A stretch of 64,000 bases of DNA, taken from assembly GCA_963727485.1 (NCBI GenBank), contig CAVSGM010000003.1:448001-512000 (forward strand), in the 5' to 3' direction. This stretch comes from an uncultured delta proteobacterium (GTDB taxonomy: Bacteria; Myxococcota; Myxococcia; SLRQ01). The translations under genes were made by a program, and so were the position numbers. Shown here one piece after another: positions 54,162 to 64,000 of the stretch; positions within the stretch are counted from its first letter, which is position 1, and every line of letters starts with the position of its first letter. Below the pieces are notes generated by a model that had not been told where the DNA came from, made no database searches, and saw only the letters and a list, made by a program, of their open reading frames with translations.

Positions 54162-55988
54162 CTACTGCACCACGAAGTCGCTCCCGAGCCCGCTGATCGC
54201 CGTCCACGACCCCGAGCCCAGGTACTGCAGCTCCAGGGCGTCGCCGACGCCGGCGGTCACCGAGCCGGCGGTGCCCACCGTGGTCATGCCGGACATGCTT
54301 GGCGTGGACAGGGACTGCTCCACGAACACGGCCGAGGTGCCGTTGTTGGCGCCGAGGTACACCGGTGAGAGCGACCGGGATCCCGCGATGGAGTTCGGGG
54401 TGGCGTCGGTGGTGTGCGCGGTCCAGGTGTGGCCCGCGTCGTTGGAGACGACCACCCGGGCCTGGCTGGGGTCGGCCACCACGATGCGCCGGCCGTCGGC
54501 CGAGACCGCCGCCGGGCGCGCGTTGGTGGTGAAGGCGCCCGAGTTGCGCCAGGTCGCCCCGCCGTCGTTGGAGAGGAAGATCGGGTACTTCTCGCCGTAG
54601 TCCACCACCACCTCGTTGCCGCTCGGCGAGACGCTGACCAGGGCGCTGCGGTCGCCGATGGGGGTGCCCGTGCCCGAGGTCACCGTCCAGGTCTGGCCGC
54701 CGTCCGGGCTGATGAAGATGCCCACCGCCGGGCAGCTCCCGTTGCCGTTGGCGGCGGCGGCGAGGGTCTTGCCGTCATACGAGGCGGCGACGCTCTCCCA
54801 GCAGGGCCCGGTCGGGGCGCCGGTCATGGTCTGCTGGGTCCAGGTCTGGCCGTAGTCCTTGGACAGCCAGATGCCCGGCGTGGCGCCGCCCTGGCCCACG
54901 AAGGCCAGCACCCCGCCGCCGTTGAACGGCGCGAACCGGCCGCTGTCGTTCAGGGTGGTCACGTTCACCAGGGGTCCGCCGTTCTGCGACATGAAGAACC
55001 CCGCCGGGCCGTAGGCCCCGACGTAGATCGTCTTCCCGTCGGGCGACACCGCGGGGAAGCCCACCTTCTGGCTGCTGAAGCCGCTGGGCAGGGGCATGTT
55101 GGTGAAGGTCTGGCCGCCGTCGTAGGAGACCAGGACGGTGGAGTACCACTCCACCACCGCCACCACGACCTGCCCGTCCGCCGACGTCGCGACGGAGTAG
55201 CCGCCCTGCTGGCTGCCAGGCACCCCGAGGTGGGTGAAGCTCGTGCCCGAGAGCGCGGAGTAGGGCGACAGGCCCGCGAGGCTCACCGACTGGCCGGCGT
55301 TCTGGGCGACCGTGTAGCCGGGTCCCGCGGCGCCGGTGAAGCGGACGATGTCACCGACCGCCGGGCTCGCCGGCAGGGTGAAGGTGACCTGGGAGCTGGC
55401 GTTGTTGTCGATGTAGCCGGTGTTCACCGCCGTCTGCACCGCGGTGTCGGTGGTCACGTTGACCCAGGAGAGCCCCGGGCCGTTGCACACGTAGGCGGTG
55501 TCCGTGATCTCGCTGGGGTCGAGGGTGCCGTTGCCGTTGGTGTCGAGGCCCGAGTCGACCCGGGTGCCGCCGTACTGGCAGTTGGCGCCGGCGGGCTCGG
55601 GGGTGGTGCTCACCAGCGCCGTGGTGCCGTCGGCGCCGGTGGCGCCGGTCGCACCCGTGGCACCGGTCGCGCCGTCGGCGCCATTGCATACGTACTCGGT
55701 GTCGGTGATCTCGCTGGGGTCGAGGGTGCCGTTGCCGTTGGTGTCCAGGCCGGTGTCGACCCGGACGCCGCCGTTGGCGCAGTTGGCGCCGGCGGCCTCG
55801 GGGGTGGTGGTGATCAGCGCGTTCGTGCCGTCGGCGCCCGTGGCGCCCGCGGCGCCGGCGTCACCCTTGGGGCCGGCGGGGCCGGTGGGACCCGTCACCC
55901 CGGCCGGGCCGGTGGGGCCGGCGCAGGCGGCGAGGGCCAGGAAGGCCGAGGGGATCACAACCATGGAAAGCCGTCGAAGTGCGTGCAT
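54162..55988 (-). CDS. Lipoprotein with collagen-like Gly-X-Y stretches, a duplicated Cys-containing module and a BNR/Asp-box beta-propeller
   Basis: Lipobox LAAC; GPTGPAG and GATGAT runs; two [30 protein letters not shown] units; SxDGGxTW/F repeats. Confidence 0.75.
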   Translation of the reverse strand: MHALRRLSMVVIPSAFLALAACAGPTGPAGVTGPTGPAGPKGDAGAAGATGADGTNALITTTPEAAGANCANGGVRVDTGLDTNGNGTLDPSEITDTEYVCNGADGATGATGATGATGADGTTALVSTTPEPAGANCQYGGTRVDSGLDTNGNGTLDPSEITDTAYVCNGPGLSWVNVTTDTAVQTAVNTGYIDNNASSQVTFTLPASPAVGDIVRFTGAAGPGYTVAQNAGQSVSLAGLSPYSALSGTSFTHLGVPGSQQGGYSVATSADGQVVVAVVEWYSTVLVSYDGGQTFTNMPLPSGFSSQKVGFPAVSPDGKTIYVGAYGPAGFFMSQNGGPLVNVTTLNDSGRFAPFNGGGVLAFVGQGGATPGIWLSKDYGQTWTQQTMTGAPTGPCWESVAASYDGKTLAAAANGNGSCPAVGIFISPDGGQTWTVTSGTGTPIGDRSALVSVSPSGNEVVVDYGEKYPIFLSNDGGATWRNSGAFTTNARPAAVSADGRRIVVADPSQARVVVSNDAGHTWTAHTTDATPNSIAGSRSLSPVYLGANNGTSAVFVEQSLSTPSMSGMTTVGTAGSVTAGVGDALELQYLGSGSWTAISGLGSDFVVQ

Positions 55989-56130
55989 GCAGAAGACCTC
56001 GTGGTGTCGTTCGGTGTGTTGAGTCAAAACCGGCCAGACTCCCAGCAAGGTACACGAGTATCCATGATCCAGAATGGGTATTCTGTGACGCTTCTCGGGT
56101 CATCCCGGACCCGGATCCCGCGCCCCCGGG

Positions 56131-56739
56131 CTACCCGCGCCCGGCCGCCCGCCGCACCACCGCCGCGAGCTGCGACACCGGCACACATCCGACCACCCGC
56201 TCATCGCCGATGAACCAGGTCGGGATGCCCGTGACCCCCCGCGCCGACGCCTCCGCCCGCATCGCGTCGACCCGAGCCTGCATCGCCGGATCGTCCGTGG
56301 CCGCGATCGCCGCCTCGGGGTCGAGCCCGGCGGTCTCGGCGATCACCCGGAGGTCCGCGTCGGCCTCGAGATCGCGCCCCTCACGCCAGTGGGCGTCGAA
56401 GGCCGCCGCGCGAAACGCCGGGAGCACCCCCTCGTCCCGCGCCAGCTCGGCGATCGCCAGCACCCGCCGGGTGTTGGGCAGGTGCGTCGGCGGCTGCATC
56501 CCCGTGACCCCGAAGCCCGCGGCGAAGTCCACCAGGTAGGCGTGCATCGCCTCGGCCCGCGCCGGCCCGAAGAGCGCCGACAGCGGCATCCCGCCCCGGG
56601 GCGTCTCCGGGTGCAGCTCGAAGCCGCGCCACTCGACCCCCACGTCGTGCTCCTCCTGCAGCCTGACCAGGCTGCCCGCTTCGGCGACGAAGCAGAAGGG
56701 TCAGACGAAGTCTGAGTAGAGGCGGATGATCACGGACAT
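56131..56739 (-). CDS. DsbA/FrnE-like thioredoxin-fold selenoprotein (UPFC); in-frame UGA at 56701-56703
   Basis: GGAGG RBS; MSVIIRLYSDFV-UGA-PFCF is in frame with EWRGFELHPETP...GVTGIPTW. Confidence 0.88.
56658..56675 (-). promoter_or_regulatory. Candidate SECIS hairpin of the DsbA-like gene
   Basis: Perfect stem GCAGCCT-GGTC-AGGCTGC about 25 nt downstream of UGA. Confidence 0.7.
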
Positions 56740-56789
56740 GGTGGTTCCTCCGGGGTCGAAGGACAGCGTGTCCCCGGCCGCCCGCGCCG

Positions 56790-57311
56790 TCAACCGGCCG
56801 CCCGCGCCCCGGCCGCCGCCCCATGCGCCCGGAGGAAGCGCGCCAGGTGGTCGTCGAGGAACGCGCCCACGTCCAGCGGCCGGCACCGCGCCCCGAAGAG
56901 GCTCTCCTGGTGGAGCAGCGCCAGGACCACCGGCGCCACCAGCTCCAGGGCCGCGTGACGCGCGTCGCAGGGCCCGAGCTCGCCGCCCGCGACGTGGCGC
57001 GCCAGCCGGGCCTCCGCCGCCTGGAGGGTCGGCTCCAGGACCTCGTCCACGTAGGCGGGGCCCAGCACCTCGTCCCGGAGCCCGGCGGCGACCCCCAGGG
57101 TGTGGATCTCGCCGACCCGGAACCGGGTCCACGCCGCCCACAGCGACTCCAGGAGCCACCGCAGGGACGGCGCCACCGGCCCGTGGTCGTCGTCCGCGGC
57201 CGCCTCGAGGAACGGCCGCGCCCCCCGCCGGGCCTCCTCGAGGACCGCGCGGGCCAGCTGCGCCCGGATCTCGGCGTACCCGGCGTTGTGGCTGCCACGG
57301 GGACGTCCCAT
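56790..57311 (-). CDS. TetR/AcrR-family protein, C-terminal ligand-binding domain; HTH appears absent
   Basis: MGRPRGS start; LEPTLQAAEARL...GEL...DARHAALELVAPVVL; divergent from a Rieske gene. Confidence 0.65.
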   Translation of the reverse strand: MGRPRGSHNAGYAEIRAQLARAVLEEARRGARPFLEAAADDDHGPVAPSLRWLLESLWAAWTRFRVGEIHTLGVAAGLRDEVLGPAYVDEVLEPTLQAAEARLARHVAGGELGPCDARHAALELVAPVVLALLHQESLFGARCRPLDVGAFLDDHLARFLRAHGAAAGARAAG

Positions 57312-57317
57312 GTCCCC

Positions 57318-57368
57318 TATGTATAACCTGAATACATACTTGCAAAGACATTATACAGACCTATATAT
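57318..57368. promoter_or_regulatory. AT-rich divergent promoter with an inverted-repeat operator
   Basis: TATGTAT-N7-ATACATA at 57318-57338; TTGCAA...TATATA hexamers facing the Rieske gene. Confidence 0.6.
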
Positions 57369-57404
57369 CGACTGGTACAGGAAATCCCAGCCCGGAGACC
57401 CGCC

Positions 57405-58442
57405 ATGTTCGAAGGCTTCGCCCACGTCTGGACCCCCGTCGGCCTCTCCCAGGAGGTGGGGCGCGGCCGCGCCGCGTCGTTCACCGTCGCCGGCGAGCGC
57501 GTCGCCGTCTTCCGCGACCGCCAGGGCCAGGTGAAGGCCCTCATCGATCGCTGCCCCCACCGGGGCGTGAAGCTCTCCTTGGGCAAGGTCACCGCCGACG
57601 GCTGCCTCGAGTGCCCCTTCCACGGCTGGACCTTCCAGGGCGACGGCGCCTGCGTGCGCGTCCCCTTCAACGACCTCGCCGCCGACAAGCGCCGCAACCT
57701 CGATGCCACCGCGCTCCCCGTCCGCGACCTCGGCGGCCTCCTCTGGATCTACACCGCCCCGGGCGCCGAGGCCCCCACCGAACCGGTGGTCCCGGGCACC
57801 CTGGTGGACCCCGCCTTCCACAGCTACTTCACCGTCAAGCTCTGGGACGCCCACTGGACGAGGGCCATGGAGAACATGCTCGACGCCCCGCACCTCCCCT
57901 TCGTCCACCGGCGCACCATCGGCCGGGGCCTGGCGAAGAAGCTCGCCGAGAATCCCGGCGCGGTGATGACCATCCGCACCGAGGAGGTCCCGCACGGCCT
58001 CGAGACCCACTGGGACCTCGACGGCGAGCCGTCGGGGGGCAAGCTGGCGTGGACCCGGCCCAACCGCATGACCCTGCTCATCCCCATCCCGGGCAAGCGC
58101 CTCGACCTCATGGTCTGGTGCGTCCCCGTCGACGCCGACCACACCCGGATGATCGTCGCCGGCGCCCGGAACTTCGGCCGCTACAACCCGGTGGTGAAGC
58201 TCTTCGACCAGGTGAACCACCTCATCATCCGCGAGGACAAGGCCGTGGTGGAGAGCTCGTCGCCCAAGGTCGTCCCCGAGCCCGCCGCCGAGAAGAGCGT
58301 CGCCTCCGACCGGATGACCCTGGCCTTCCGCAGGTGGTACCTCGATCACCTCGCCGGGAGCCGGGCCGGCGACGGCGATCGCGACCGCGGCCGCGCCGGC
58401 GACCCTGGGCAGGCCGCGCCCGCGAGCCTGCGGATCGTGTGA
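57405..58442 (+). CDS. Rieske non-heme iron oxygenase (VanA/KshA-like)
   Basis: DRCPHRG...LECPFHGW; ENMLDAPHLPFVH; EDKAVVE. Confidence 0.9.
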   Translation: MFEGFAHVWTPVGLSQEVGRGRAASFTVAGERVAVFRDRQGQVKALIDRCPHRGVKLSLGKVTADGCLECPFHGWTFQGDGACVRVPFNDLAADKRRNLDATALPVRDLGGLLWIYTAPGAEAPTEPVVPGTLVDPAFHSYFTVKLWDAHWTRAMENMLDAPHLPFVHRRTIGRGLAKKLAENPGAVMTIRTEEVPHGLETHWDLDGEPSGGKLAWTRPNRMTLLIPIPGKRLDLMVWCVPVDADHTRMIVAGARNFGRYNPVVKLFDQVNHLIIREDKAVVESSSPKVVPEPAAEKSVASDRMTLAFRRWYLDHLAGSRAGDGDRDRGRAGDPGQAAPASLRIV

Positions 58443-58524
58443 CCTGGGCGGCGCGCCGTCGACAGCGCGGTGGCCCGGCGCCCCCCGGAGACCTAGGTGA
58501 TATCCGGGAGGCCCGCTTCGCCCC

Positions 58525-59541
58525 ATGTCCTACCGCCTCATCGAGGTCTACGTCCCCGACCACGCCGGCGAGCGCCTCGGCGCGGCGGTGGCGGCCACCG
58601 AGATCAAGCCGGCCTGGCTCGGCCACTTCGGCGGCGGGCCCCACTTCGCCCGGCTCCTCGTCGAGGCCGAGCAGAGCCAGCGCGTCCTCGATCTCCTCCA
58701 GGAGAACCTCGTCGGCGTGGACGACCTGCGCATCGCCGTCCTCGCCGTGGAGGCCGTCCTCCCCACCCCGGAGGAGATCGAGGAGAACGGCGAGGAGGCC
58801 CCGGCCGAGGAGGAGCCCGAGAAGGAGGAGCACGGCCCCCAGGTCAGCCGCGAGGAGCTCAACGCCGCGGTCCACGACAGCGCCCAGGTGAGCTGGATCT
58901 ACCTCATCACCGTGGCCCTCGCGACCGTCGTCGCCGCCATCGGGCTCATCCGCGGCGACGTCGCCGTGGTCATCGGCGCCATGGTCATCGCGCCGCTCCT
59001 CGGCCCCAACATCGGCCTGTCCTTCGGGGCCACCCTCGGCGACCTCGCCCTCATCCGGCGCAGCCTCCTCGCCCTCGGCCTCGGCCTCGCCGTGGCCCTG
59101 GCGCTGGCGGCCGGCATCGGCTTCGCCCTCCACGTGGACCCGTCCCTGCCGGGCATGGCGGCCCGCACCCAGGTCGGCCTCGGTGACGTCGCCCTGGCCC
59201 TGGTCGCCGGGGTCGCCGGGGCCCTGGCGTTCACCACCGGCGTCTCCGCCGCCCTCATCGGCGTCATGGTCGCCGTGGCCCTGCTGCCGCCGCTGGTCAC
59301 CCTGGGCCTCCTCCTCGGCGGAGGTCACCCCCTCGCCGCGGCCGGCGCCGGGATCCTGGTGCTGGTGAACATCGCCGCCATCAACCTGGCCTCGGTGGTC
59401 ACCTTCGTGGCCCAGGGCATCCGGCCGCGGTCCTGGTGGGAGGCCGACCGGGCCAAGCGGGCCCGGCGCATCGCCATCGCGCTCTGGGGCGGGCTGCTGG
59501 TGCTCCTCGCCGCCGGCATCTTCCTCGCCGGGCGGCTCTAG
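58525..59541 (+). CDS. TIGR00341/DUF389 family membrane protein
   Basis: VIGAMVIAPLLGP and GVMVAVALLPP motifs. Confidence 0.85.
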   Translation: MSYRLIEVYVPDHAGERLGAAVAATEIKPAWLGHFGGGPHFARLLVEAEQSQRVLDLLQENLVGVDDLRIAVLAVEAVLPTPEEIEENGEEAPAEEEPEKEEHGPQVSREELNAAVHDSAQVSWIYLITVALATVVAAIGLIRGDVAVVIGAMVIAPLLGPNIGLSFGATLGDLALIRRSLLALGLGLAVALALAAGIGFALHVDPSLPGMAARTQVGLGDVALALVAGVAGALAFTTGVSAALIGVMVAVALLPPLVTLGLLLGGGHPLAAAGAGILVLVNIAAINLASVVTFVAQGIRPRSWWEADRAKRARRIAIALWGGLLVLLAAGIFLAGRL

Positions 59542-60029
59542 CGGGAGGCGGCCCGGAGGATCGCCTGGGCGGTCTTCGGCTCCAGGTGCTTGAGGATCGC
59601 CCACTCCAGCGCCCGGCTCCGGGGCGGATCCTCGAAGGGCGGGACCTTGTAGGCGGCGTTGTCGAGGCGCGCCACGATCCGCGCGTGACCGGCGCCCGCC
59701 GGCCGCACCTCCACGAAGGCCCGGCCGCCGCGCTGGGACCAGTCGGTCTCCACCCGGGTCCACCGCCCCGGCTGCACCGCCCGCACCGGGAACCCGATGC
59801 CGTTCAGGTAGGCCTCCACCTGGCGGGTGAGGGTGGGGACGTCCTCGGCGTAGAGGTGGTGGGCCGCGCGATCGAGGACGAAGGCCCGGGGGCTCCCGGC
59901 GGCGGCGACGGTGGGCGCCCGGGGCGCGGTGGCGCAGGCCGGGGCGAGGACGGCGCCGAGGATGACCACGGAGACGGCGGCGGCCCGGGCGAGGCGGCCC
60001 GAGGGGGCGGGGCGGCGAGAGGAGAGCAT
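59538..60029 (-). CDS. Hypothetical lipoprotein
   Basis: AAGGAG RBS; hydrophobic signal ending LAPAC. Confidence 0.55.
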   Translation of the reverse strand: MLSSRRPAPSGRLARAAAVSVVILGAVLAPACATAPRAPTVAAAGSPRAFVLDRAAHHLYAEDVPTLTRQVEAYLNGIGFPVRAVQPGRWTRVETDWSQRGGRAFVEVRPAGAGHARIVARLDNAAYKVPPFEDPPRSRALEWAILKHLEPKTAQAILRAASR

Positions 60030-60139
60030 CGCGAGCTCCTTTCGGGCCGGACGTCGGCCCGCGCTCCAGTCTAGCAACCGGCGACCGCGCCCTTCCAGGC
60101 GGCACCCTCCCCAAGCGGGGAGGTCCCCGGTACAGTCCC

Positions 60140-60709
60140 GTGGTGACCGAGCCCGACCTCACCGCCCGGGTCCTCGAGACCCCGCGCCTGCGCCTGCGCC
60201 CCTTCGCCTACGCCGACGCCGCCGACGTCCAGCGCCTCGCCGGCGACGCCGCCGTCGCCGACACCACCCTCCTGGTGCCCCACCCCTACGCCGACGGGCT
60301 GGCCGAGGAGTGGATCCTCGGGCAGGCCGGCGCCCTGGCCGCCGGGGAGAGCCTGACCCTGGCCCTCACCCGCCGGGACGACGGGGCGCTGGTGGGCGCC
60401 ATGGGCCTGGAGCTGGTCCTGGCCCACGCCCGGGGCACCCTCGGCTACTGGGTGGGCGTGCCCTTCTGGGGCCGGGGCTACGCCACCGAGGCCGCCGAGG
60501 CGGTCCTGGCCCACGCCTTCGGGGCGCTGGGGCTTCATCGGGTGCAGGCGACGCACCTGACCCGCAACCCCGCCTCGTGCCGGGTGATGGAGAAGCTGGG
60601 GATGCGCGTGGAGGGCGTCGAGCGCGACCAGGTGCTCAAGCACGGGCGCTTCGAGGACCTGGAGCTGCACGCGATCCTCGTGGACGAGTGGCGCGCGCGC
60701 GGGCGCTAG
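60140..60709 (+). CDS. GNAT N-acetyltransferase, RimJ/RimL family
   Basis: LETPRLRLRP, LGYW...WGRGYATEA, NPASCRVMEKLG. Confidence 0.9.
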   Translation: MVTEPDLTARVLETPRLRLRPFAYADAADVQRLAGDAAVADTTLLVPHPYADGLAEEWILGQAGALAAGESLTLALTRRDDGALVGAMGLELVLAHARGTLGYWVGVPFWGRGYATEAAEAVLAHAFGALGLHRVQATHLTRNPASCRVMEKLGMRVEGVERDQVLKHGRFEDLELHAILVDEWRARGR

Positions 60710-60855
60710 CTGCGGGATGCCGACACGTTGGTCATGCTGCCCGGCTAGGCGGCCGGTGGGGGGGTGTCCAGCCGAAACTCAACACCGTTAGGTTGCGTGC
60801 CGAGGTGGTCGGGCCAAGTGCGATCGGGCCGCCAGCCGCACCAGCCGCGGCGGAG

Positions 60856-61362
60856 CTACTTGCCGGAGCCGATCCTCTTGCGGGGCGCTGCCTTCTTCCC
60901 GGCCCCGGCCTTCTTCCCGGCCCCGGCCTTCTTCCGGACGCCGGCCTTCTTCCCCCGCGCCGCCTTCGCCTTCTTCTTCGCCGGCACCGCCGGCGCCTCC
61001 CCCAGCGCCGCCATCAGCTTCTCCAGCGCCCGCTTCAGCCCCCGGAGCCGCGTGCCCACCACCCGCTCCGCGGTCCCCGGCATGTCCTCGGTGTGCTCGA
61101 AGTACCACCGCAGGTCCGAGAGCTCCTCGTAGAACGCCGCCGCGGCCGCCTGCTGCGCCACCTCGAGCAGCACCAGCTCGTCGAAGCGCGCGCTGTCGAA
61201 CCAGGAGTGGATCACCGAGAGGAGCGCCCGCCGGTCGCGCTTCCTCGAGAAGCTGGCGATCATCTCGGCCCGGCGGCTCTCCAGCCGCCGCATCACCCCC
61301 TGGGCGTCCAGGGCGACGAGGCTGCGGACCCGGGCGGCGGCGTCGTCGGAAGCGCGAGGCAT
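60856..61362 (-). CDS. Hypothetical helical protein with a histone H1-like Lys/Ala tail
   Basis: LRWYFEHTEDMP core; KKAGAG 18-bp repeats at about 60890-60955. Confidence 0.6.
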   Translation of the reverse strand: MPRASDDAAARVRSLVALDAQGVMRRLESRRAEMIASFSRKRDRRALLSVIHSWFDSARFDELVLLEVAQQAAAAAFYEELSDLRWYFEHTEDMPGTAERVVGTRLRGLKRALEKLMAALGEAPAVPAKKKAKAARGKKAGVRKKAGAGKKAGAGKKAAPRKRIGSGK

Positions 61363-61451
61363 TCCGCGAGGGTAGCCCACCCAGGGCCCCAAGGTAAGCC
61401 GCGTCCCGGGGGGCCAGGGGCTATCCTCCCCGGCCGACCCGGAGGTCCGTC

Positions 61452-62696
61452 ATGCGCCGCGCGCCCATCCTCGTCCTCACCGCCCTCTTCCTCGTCACCG
61501 CCGCCTGCAACGCCAGCGACGCCGGCGGCGCCACCCCCGACGGGGGCACCACCGACGGCGGCTCGGGCTCCGGCGGGGGCGGCGGCGGGCAGACCGACGG
61601 CGGCAGCGGCGGCGGGGGAGGCGGCGGGGTCGGCAACTGCGTCAACGGCCAGACCCGGTGCAACGGCGACACCTACGAGAGCTGCGAGAACCAGACCTGG
61701 ACCACCGTGACCCAGTGCGCCGCGCCCCAGGTCTGCGTCCAGAAGCTCTCCGGCTGCGCCGACTGCAACCCCCTGCACCCCACCGCCTGCCAGGGCAACG
61801 ACGTCCACAGCTGCAACTCCGACGGCACCCTCGGCGGCGTCACCCAGAGCTGCGGCTCCCAGACCTGCCAGAACGGCGCCTGCGTCAGCAGCACCGGCGG
61901 CGGCGGGAACAACTGCGCCTCGGGCACCCAGCTCATCTACGTGGTCGACGACGCCAACGACCTGCTCTCCTTCGACCCCCAGCACAACAACACCCTCACC
62001 AAGATCGGCACCTTGAGCTGCAACGCGAGCACCGCCTGGCCGGGCTTCGGTGGGGGCCAGGCCTTCCCCTTCTCCATGTCGGTGGACCGCGCGGGCAACG
62101 CCTGGGTCCTCTACTCCTCGGGTCAGATCTTCAAGGTGCCCGTGTCGAACCCCAGCCAGTGCACCAACTCGGGCTTCACCCCGGGCGCCAGCGGGTACCA
62201 GCTCATGGGCATGGGCTTCGTGGCCACCAGCCCCGGCGCCCAGACCGAGCACCTCTACATCGCCGGCGGCACCGCGGGCCGCTCCAACGCCAGCGGCAAC
62301 CTCGGCTACATCGATCCGAGCACCCTCCAGGTGACCACCGTCGGGACCTTCACCGCCCAGACCTACGGGCCCGAGCTCACCGGCACCGGCGACGCCAAGC
62401 TCTACGGCTACTTCCCGGACACCAGCAACACCCGGGTGGTGCAGATCGACCCGGCCACCGGCGCCGAGGGCCAGAGCTGGTCCCTGCCGGCGCTCTCGGG
62501 CTCGGTGAACGCCTGGGCCTTCGCCCACTGGGGCGGCCGCTTCTACATCTTCGTGACCGTGGGCGGGAACAGCCAGATCCTGATGCTCGACCCCACCAAC
62601 AACGGCGCGGTCACCACCATCGCGCAGAACCTCAAGTACACCATCGTCGGCGCCGGGGTCTCCACCTGCGCCCCCACGACCGTCCCGCCTCCGTGA
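61452..62696 (+). CDS. Cys-rich lipoprotein with a C-terminal beta-propeller (myxobacterial type)
   Basis: GGAGG RBS; lipobox TAAC; Gly linker; Cys repeats; PFSMSVDR, ELTGTGD, WAFAHWGG, IVGAGVSTCAP. Confidence 0.75.
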   Translation: MRRAPILVLTALFLVTAACNASDAGGATPDGGTTDGGSGSGGGGGGQTDGGSGGGGGGGVGNCVNGQTRCNGDTYESCENQTWTTVTQCAAPQVCVQKLSGCADCNPLHPTACQGNDVHSCNSDGTLGGVTQSCGSQTCQNGACVSSTGGGGNNCASGTQLIYVVDDANDLLSFDPQHNNTLTKIGTLSCNASTAWPGFGGGQAFPFSMSVDRAGNAWVLYSSGQIFKVPVSNPSQCTNSGFTPGASGYQLMGMGFVATSPGAQTEHLYIAGGTAGRSNASGNLGYIDPSTLQVTTVGTFTAQTYGPELTGTGDAKLYGYFPDTSNTRVVQIDPATGAEGQSWSLPALSGSVNAWAFAHWGGRFYIFVTVGGNSQILMLDPTNNGAVTTIAQNLKYTIVGAGVSTCAPTTVPPP

Positions 62697-62724
62697 TCCC
62701 GGGCGCGCGGCGCCGCACCGCCCG

Positions 62725-64000
62725 TCAGACCGCGGCGGCCACCGTCGGCGCCGCCCAGTGCGCCAGGCCGTAGAGGGTCTCCGAGGGGTTCACGCCCAGC
62801 GCGGTGGGGAGCACCGAGCCGTCGACCACGAAGAGGTTGTCGAGGTGGTGGTGCTTGAGGTGCGGGTCGACCACGGAGGTGGCCGGGTCGGCGCCCATGG
62901 CCGCCCCGCCCATGAGGTGGGCGGTGAACACCGGGAAGCGCAGGGGCTCCCACCGGGCGTGGTCGAGGGCCGAGAGGTCGCCGGGCCCGGCGAGGGTCAC
63001 CGGCGGGTCGTGGAGGCTCGAGACCTCGGTGGCCCCGGCGGCGAAGTGGATCCGGGCCAGGGCCTTCATCCCCGCCCGGAACGCCTCCAGGTGCAGGGGC
63101 GTCAGGGGGTAGTCGAGGCGCGGGGCGCCGGCGGGGCTCAGGGTGACCGTGCCCCCGGTCTCCTGGGGGAGCAGCCCGTCGACGGCCAGGGCGATGAGCG
63201 AGCCCGCGTGGGGCAGCGTCTCCATGTTCTTCTCGTGGGCGGCGCCGTAGCCCCCGAGCGAGAGGGCGGCGAGCATCGGGTGCAGGGGCGCCGCCTCGAA
63301 GAAGAGCCCCAGGCGCCCGGGCCCCCGGTCGATGAGCTCATGGGAGTGCACCGACTGGGGCGCGCCGTAGTAGGCCTCGATCTCCTGGTCGTAGGTGGCG
63401 CCCATGGCCACCACCGGGTGGATGAAGGTGCGCTTGCCGGCGCGGCCGTTGGGGTCGAGGCCCGAGCGCAACAGCAGCGCCGGGGTGTTCAGGGCCCCGC
63501 CGCACACCGCGACCACCTTGGCCTTCACCGTGACCTTGGGCCCCGCAGGGCGCTTGGTGGCCGGGTCGAGGATGACGCCGTGGACCGTGGTCGCCTTCCG
63601 GCCCGCGGTCTCGAGGCGCACCACCTCGCAGTCCGCCTGGACCACCGTCCCCCGGGCCACCGCGTCGGCGAGGTAGGTCAGCCGCATGTCCTGCTTGGCG
63701 TCCACCGGGCAGCCCATGCCGCAGTAGCCGGTGGACAGGCACCCCTTCACGTTCCGGCGGATGACGTCCTTGTGCCACCCGAGCTTCTCGCAGCCGCGCC
63801 ACAGCAGATCGTTGTTGGGGTTGACCTTCTCCACCGGCCAGCGGTGGATGTTCAGGCGCCGCTCCACCGCCTCGAAGTGGGGCGCGAGGACCTCGGGGGT
63901 GAGGGTGTCGACGCCGTGGTGGGTCGCCCAGTGCTTCAGGATCCGCTCGGGGGTGCGGAACGAGGTGGTCCAGTTGACCACGGTGCTCCCGCCCACGCAC
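62725..64000 (-). CDS. GMC-family oxidoreductase (N-terminus lies outside the window)
   Basis: VGGSTVVN, CGMGCP, GGALNTPALL, AHLMGG, NLFVVDGSVLPT...NP. Confidence 0.9.
   Translation of the reverse strand, partial: CVGGSTVVNWTTSFRTPERILKHWATHHGVDTLTPEVLAPHFEAVERRLNIHRWPVEKVNPNNDLLWRGCEKLGWHKDVIRRNVKGCLSTGYCGMGCPVDAKQDMRLTYLADAVARGTVVQADCEVVRLETAGRKATTVHGVILDPATKRPAGPKVTVKAKVVAVCGGALNTPALLLRSGLDPNGRAGKRTFIHPVVAMGATYDQEIEAYYGAPQSVHSHELIDRGPGRLGLFFEAAPLHPMLAALSLGGYGAAHEKNMETLPHAGSLIALAVDGLLPQETGGTVTLSPAGAPRLDYPLTPLHLEAFRAGMKALARIHFAAGATEVSSLHDPPVTLAGPGDLSALDHARWEPLRFPVFTAHLMGGAAMGADPATSVVDPHLKHHHLDNLFVVDGSVLPTALGVNPSETLYGLAHWAAPTVAAAV

Noticed and set aside
54107..54600. Epimerase C-terminal extension overlapping the opposite-strand gene
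   Set aside because: It runs through a terminator hairpin into antisense sequence; a TAG at 54104 in another frame is the likelier stop.

Overview
Very GC-rich bacterial DNA with a Myxococcota/deltaproteobacterial character: many Cys/Gly-rich lipoproteins, an MMPL operon and a RegBA-like two-component pair. About a dozen genes carry single-base frameshifts, including conserved ppsA and serB, which most likely reflects uncorrected assembly errors. The centrepiece (about 25.3-53.0 kb) is a polymorphic toxin locus. A ~2,870-aa predicted secreted protein (alpha/alpha-toroid repeats, CARDB, FG-GAP propeller, Ig-like repeats) is translationally coupled to a ~2,240-aa protein with a signal-like N-terminus, a catalytically degenerate transglutaminase-like domain, an Rhs/YD cage and a C-terminal toxin (CT); no PAAR or VgrG is visible in the window. 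Four orphan rhs cassettes follow, all starting at nearly the same point of the core, then a tail of immunity-like genes. The CTs are two paralogous HELNN domains (degenerate zincin-like), one canonical HExxH domain paired with a PDZ lipoprotein, and one hydrophobic domain. Other highlights are two UGA-recoded selenoprotein genes with SECIS-like hairpins (formate dehydrogenase alpha and a DsbA/FrnE-like protein), tandem RegA/RegR boxes next to regBA, and a TetR-family gene that appears to lack its HTH. All family calls come from motif recognition by eye; no database search was run.
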